Of a stretch of DNA of 64,000 nt, positions 61,901 to 64,000 are shown piece by piece. A program made the position numbers and the translations under genes. The stretch comes from Candidatus Poribacteria bacterium (lineage in GTDB: Bacteria; Poribacteria; WGA-4E; WGA-3G), in contig CBDBFU010000015.1 of NCBI GenBank assembly GCA_965205025.1, positions 384,001 to 448,000 of the forward strand. The letters run 5' to 3'. Position 1 is the stretch's first letter; the number at the start of each line of letters is the position of its first letter. The notes beneath the pieces were generated by a model that ran no database searches, was not told the origin of the DNA, and saw nothing but the letters and a program-made list of their open reading frames with translations.

Positions 61901-63503
61901 GATCTAAATTAACATAACTAAATCGAGAAGGCAATCGCCCCAACTTCACGTGTTTTATCCACGCGCTATCCGCACTTTTCTTATAATAATGTTGGTATGC
62001 CGGGGGTAGAGTGCCGGTTACGTCAGCGATCCATTGCAAGCTTGTCTGCGTAACAGTTCCACGATCAAGCGTCAGCGTAATAACAGGCGGTGCGACAGCC
62101 GTTGCGGTGAATGTTTCCTTGAGTTCGGTATGTGTGGGACCCGCTGCGGGCATCTTCTCAGGGACAATTGCCTCTATGGTGTGCTTCTCGCCATCAGCGC
62201 CGAGGGTGATCGTCCACGATGACAACCCATCCTCGCCTGTTGGGACTATGTTTTCAGTTACTGTGCCGTCGGGGGCGGTAACCTTCCATGTGACAGGCAC
62301 TTCGTTGAATGTACGGTTTCGAGTTCTTTCAAGTGGATAGGTGCTGTAAGGGGTGTCATTAATGGCACGCACGACAAACGTTGCGCGTGATTCGGGGGTT
62401 CCTTCGTAATTATCAGCTGTCGGAGATTCCTTCACCAGACTCGGCGTAGAATCGAGATACTCGACTCTACGAACCGTTCCTAAGAGGGTTGGTATGTCTT
62501 CGTAGAGGGACGCATAGTCCAGTCTGAAGTTCCAATTCAATCTAATAGAGGTGTCTGCACTTACGACCTTCTCCTTGTTCATAAGCTCCACTAAAGGGGT
62601 GAGATCCTTCAGCAGAAAAAAGCGAGTCCCAGTGGCACTGGTACCCATGTATTGCAGATACAGGTTATGCATAAACACGCCGTCGGGTATCTTGTCTAAC
62701 ACAGAGAGGTCCGAGATCTCGGTGTTCGTAATATCTAAGCTCGCCCAATACGTTATTCCGTCTACTGGCTCCCTCGCACCCTCTAACGCAGGTAGCACGG
62801 CGGATAGACCTTCCTGGGTGATGGCAGTACTATTCATCCTTAAATCTCTCAAAGTACTTAAATTCGCCAAGGGCGAGATATCCCGCAGGTTCCAGTTTAC
62901 CCCGATCCGAAGCACTTCCAAGTTTGTTAGCGTTCCGATCGCTGTTATGTCCGTGATGCTACAACGATCAACGTAAACCCTCTTCAAACTCGTTAAATTT
63001 TGTAGGGGAGAGAGATCTGCAAGCTCGGAATTGGATGTAAGCACTAACTCTTCTAACGCCGATAAAGTCGCTAGGGGTGAGAGGTCTGTAACCCTATGTG
63101 TGTTAAGGCTCAGGAGGGTCAACTTTGATAGGTTCGTAAGGGGGCTCAAATCCGAAAGGGTGTTTGCTGTTGTTCTGGAACTGGGCGGATGTCGTATGCG
63201 ATTGCGCCCGATGTCCACCCTAACTAAATTGGTTGCATGCTCCAACCCCGTTAGACTATTAATGTCTGGACTGTCTTTGACGACTTCATCGAGTCCGCGC
63301 GTCTCCCCAACTCCCGCTATCTCGTTTGCGGTGATGGAGGCTCCAGCAGCCTTGTTGAGTCGATCTTCAATAATTTCACGAAGAGCCGCATTCGGAATAT
63401 CTACCGGGTGATTATCTTCACCACTTACGGTGTGCGGGTGCGCTGGGTACAGCGGTGTCAGAAAAAGTAGACCTATCAGAAAAGCAAGGAAAAGTTTTGT
63501 CAT
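58941..63503 (-). CDS. Giant LRR / cadherin-like / Pro-rich / lamin-tail surface protein, paralog of 40289-46282
   Basis: Same architecture with three lamin-tail-like domains; ends TTQWASFKKGRE. Confidence 0.9.
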   Translation of the reverse strand: MTKLFLAFLIGLLFLTPLYPAHPHTVSGEDNHPVDIPNAALREIIEDRLNKAAGASITANEIAGVGETRGLDEVVKDSPDINSLTGLEHATNLVRVDIGRNRIRHPPSSRTTANTLSDLSPLTNLSKLTLLSLNTHRVTDLSPLATLSALEELVLTSNSELADLSPLQNLTSLKRVYVDRCSITDITAIGTLTNLEVLRIGVNWNLRDISPLANLSTLRDLRMNSTAITQEGLSAVLPALEGAREPVDGITYWASLDITNTEISDLSVLDKIPDGVFMHNLYLQYMGTSATGTRFFLLKDLTPLVELMNKEKVVSADTSIRLNWNFRLDYASLYEDIPTLLGTVRRVEYLDSTPSLVKESPTADNYEGTPESRATFVVRAINDTPYSTYPLERTRNRTFNEVPVTWKVTAPDGTVTENIVPTGEDGLSSWTITLGADGEKHTIEAIVPEKMPAAGPTHTELKETFTATAVAPPVITLTLDRGTVTQTSLQWIADVTGTLPPAYQHYYKKSADSAWIKHVKLGRLPSRFSYVNLDLEPGTSYDFQLFALRGESQIEPGSNVLTASTLSRTPPGPRPPEPPPEPPAPVNHPPVFRSASAVNVAENTTAVVTIIAEDPDAEDEITGYAITGGADAALFEIGGASTPADMLRFKVAPDFEMPGSAANSNVYTLILTATSGVGDRELTATQTLIVTVTDVDEPVEPPVEPPEEPPVEPPVEPPVEPPVEPPVDPPVEPPVEPEPPVDPPDEPSIYPPGDVPPVDTPPVTVPPIPLATHCFIFNEINNVGEDSNDWIELKNLYAAEIRLKDWEISIVANRGDAADQDVDIVSFPDYRLPSGGVLLITNTDPSETRLASGLNIATGARQKGAQHPYLVAPDLKLPGTPYLLILRHARDKNGTPASIEDVAGNYLRGYGSTEVWPLANTRRPLAPVAPLTEEGTWQRSDVRLPGYLAAAWTVSESQSGLGYDPNTSGPGTPGYGALRVLTPTLPDEVRISELMYDFSGASSEWIELYNASQTPINLKDYQLDIETRTDGTHRHARLVLKSFSLPPKQTVLLGTGRSGESSDALPTERIFHLSSTQPGVFSRQLKNKIFGTEGFSLKLIHPTGRVVDRVGNLDGDEHTDDLPTWTLPDSMTPQGHRFSLLRNFEDGDVLKGTKASGWMSAVSVAIGINAYYGHPTDIATPLFLHQIVPGTSPTVALSISEIMFETKTRSRTLPQWIELYNPSFTDSVKLKDYQLVVETLQEGKHQQIVMTFEAFDVLPNQTALLITARGVHSKHLPANRTYNLFQRHPKTFSPMPNRFRLLSSDGFLIQLTDATGNVVDTIGNLDGYPYTKDTPAWTLPPGETSDGARASLRRLYKKRLPLDGRHVKAWVSTADVPPKIITYYGDATDVGNPGYRKGTPLPVTLSSFTAEHTADGVVINWTTESEVDNAGFYIYRSQTKAGKFQRVNTELIQGAGTTGERTEYTWMDNTAKANTVYYYKIEDVSYAGVHQTLTTTRLRGLISAKGKMTTQWASFKKGRE

Positions 63504-63813
63504 CTGAAACTCCTATGTTTTTGAAAGAATCCTGGTCCTTATCTAAATCGTTTTTTTCACTGCATTGAAGGCAAAACAGAAGAAACTACTACAACTACTA
63601 ATTTCAGCAGGTTTGAGAGCCGGTTCAACAACTAAAACATTAAGGACTGCGGATTTTTGATAAATTAACTTGATTGCCGTTAACTCAGTCGGCTGTAACA
63701 TCATAGAAACATACTCCTTCTGATGGCTATTCCGCAATACGCGGATAACCTTGTTTTCAAATAGATAGATCGTTGAGTGTCTCAGTTAAAGGGACTTGTG
63801 TTGTTGCATCCTG

Positions 63814-64000
63814 TTACCGTCCCTTCTTGAAAGATGCCCATTGCGTTATCATTTTCCCTTTAGCAGAAATTAATCCGTGCAGGCGCGTTGTCGTAAGCGT
63901 TTGATGCACACCCGCATAAGACACATCTTCAATTTTATAGTAGTAAACAGTATTCGCCTTCGCGGTGGTATCCATCCACGTATATTCAGTGCGTTCTCCC
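63814..64000 (-). CDS. 3' end (partial) of a third paralog of the LRR/lamin-tail family
   Basis: Near-identical to 58944-59130: ...VYYYKIEDVSYAGVHQTLTTTRLHGLISAKGKMITQWASFKKGR*. Confidence 0.85.
   Translation of the reverse strand, partial: GERTEYTWMDTTAKANTVYYYKIEDVSYAGVHQTLTTTRLHGLISAKGKMITQWASFKKGR

Noticed and set aside
63543-63737. 64-aa ORF between LRR paralogs
   Set aside because: No recognisable motif, and it starts in the duplicated 3' UTR; an RBS is present but support is insufficient.
1-64000. tRNA, rRNA, reverse transcriptase or phage genes
   Set aside because: None recognised by eye; not excluded without tRNAscan or HMM searches.

Overview
Bacterial window, most likely Candidatus Poribacteria or a related lineage. 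This is inferred from dockerins, lamin-tail and internalin-type LRR proteins, 'YPNPFNPETWIPYQL' FlgD-Ig tails, 'T.W..[IL]K' C-termini and GTAG-type REPs. About 3.5-15.3 kb is an AT-rich housekeeping block (pilD, pseudopilin, NtrY/NtrX-like pair, pgi, cupin, NUDIX, rhamnose mutarotase, ADH, methyltransferase). From 15.5 kb to the end, every credible gene is on the minus strand. Most encode secreted or lipoprotein modular proteins: proteases, LRR/lamin-tail giants, repeat proteins and orphan solute-binding proteins. An IS630 element splits an EamA gene, and there are several MITEs and REPs. The most notable unannotated signal is a family of about 10 compact intergenic elements, in two sequence subtypes, that can each fold on the minus strand into the same H-type pseudoknot. 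Subtype A shows compensatory changes and G-U wobbles, and the two subtypes often occur as an A-then-B tandem between genes. All product calls are by-eye motif recognition, not database hits.
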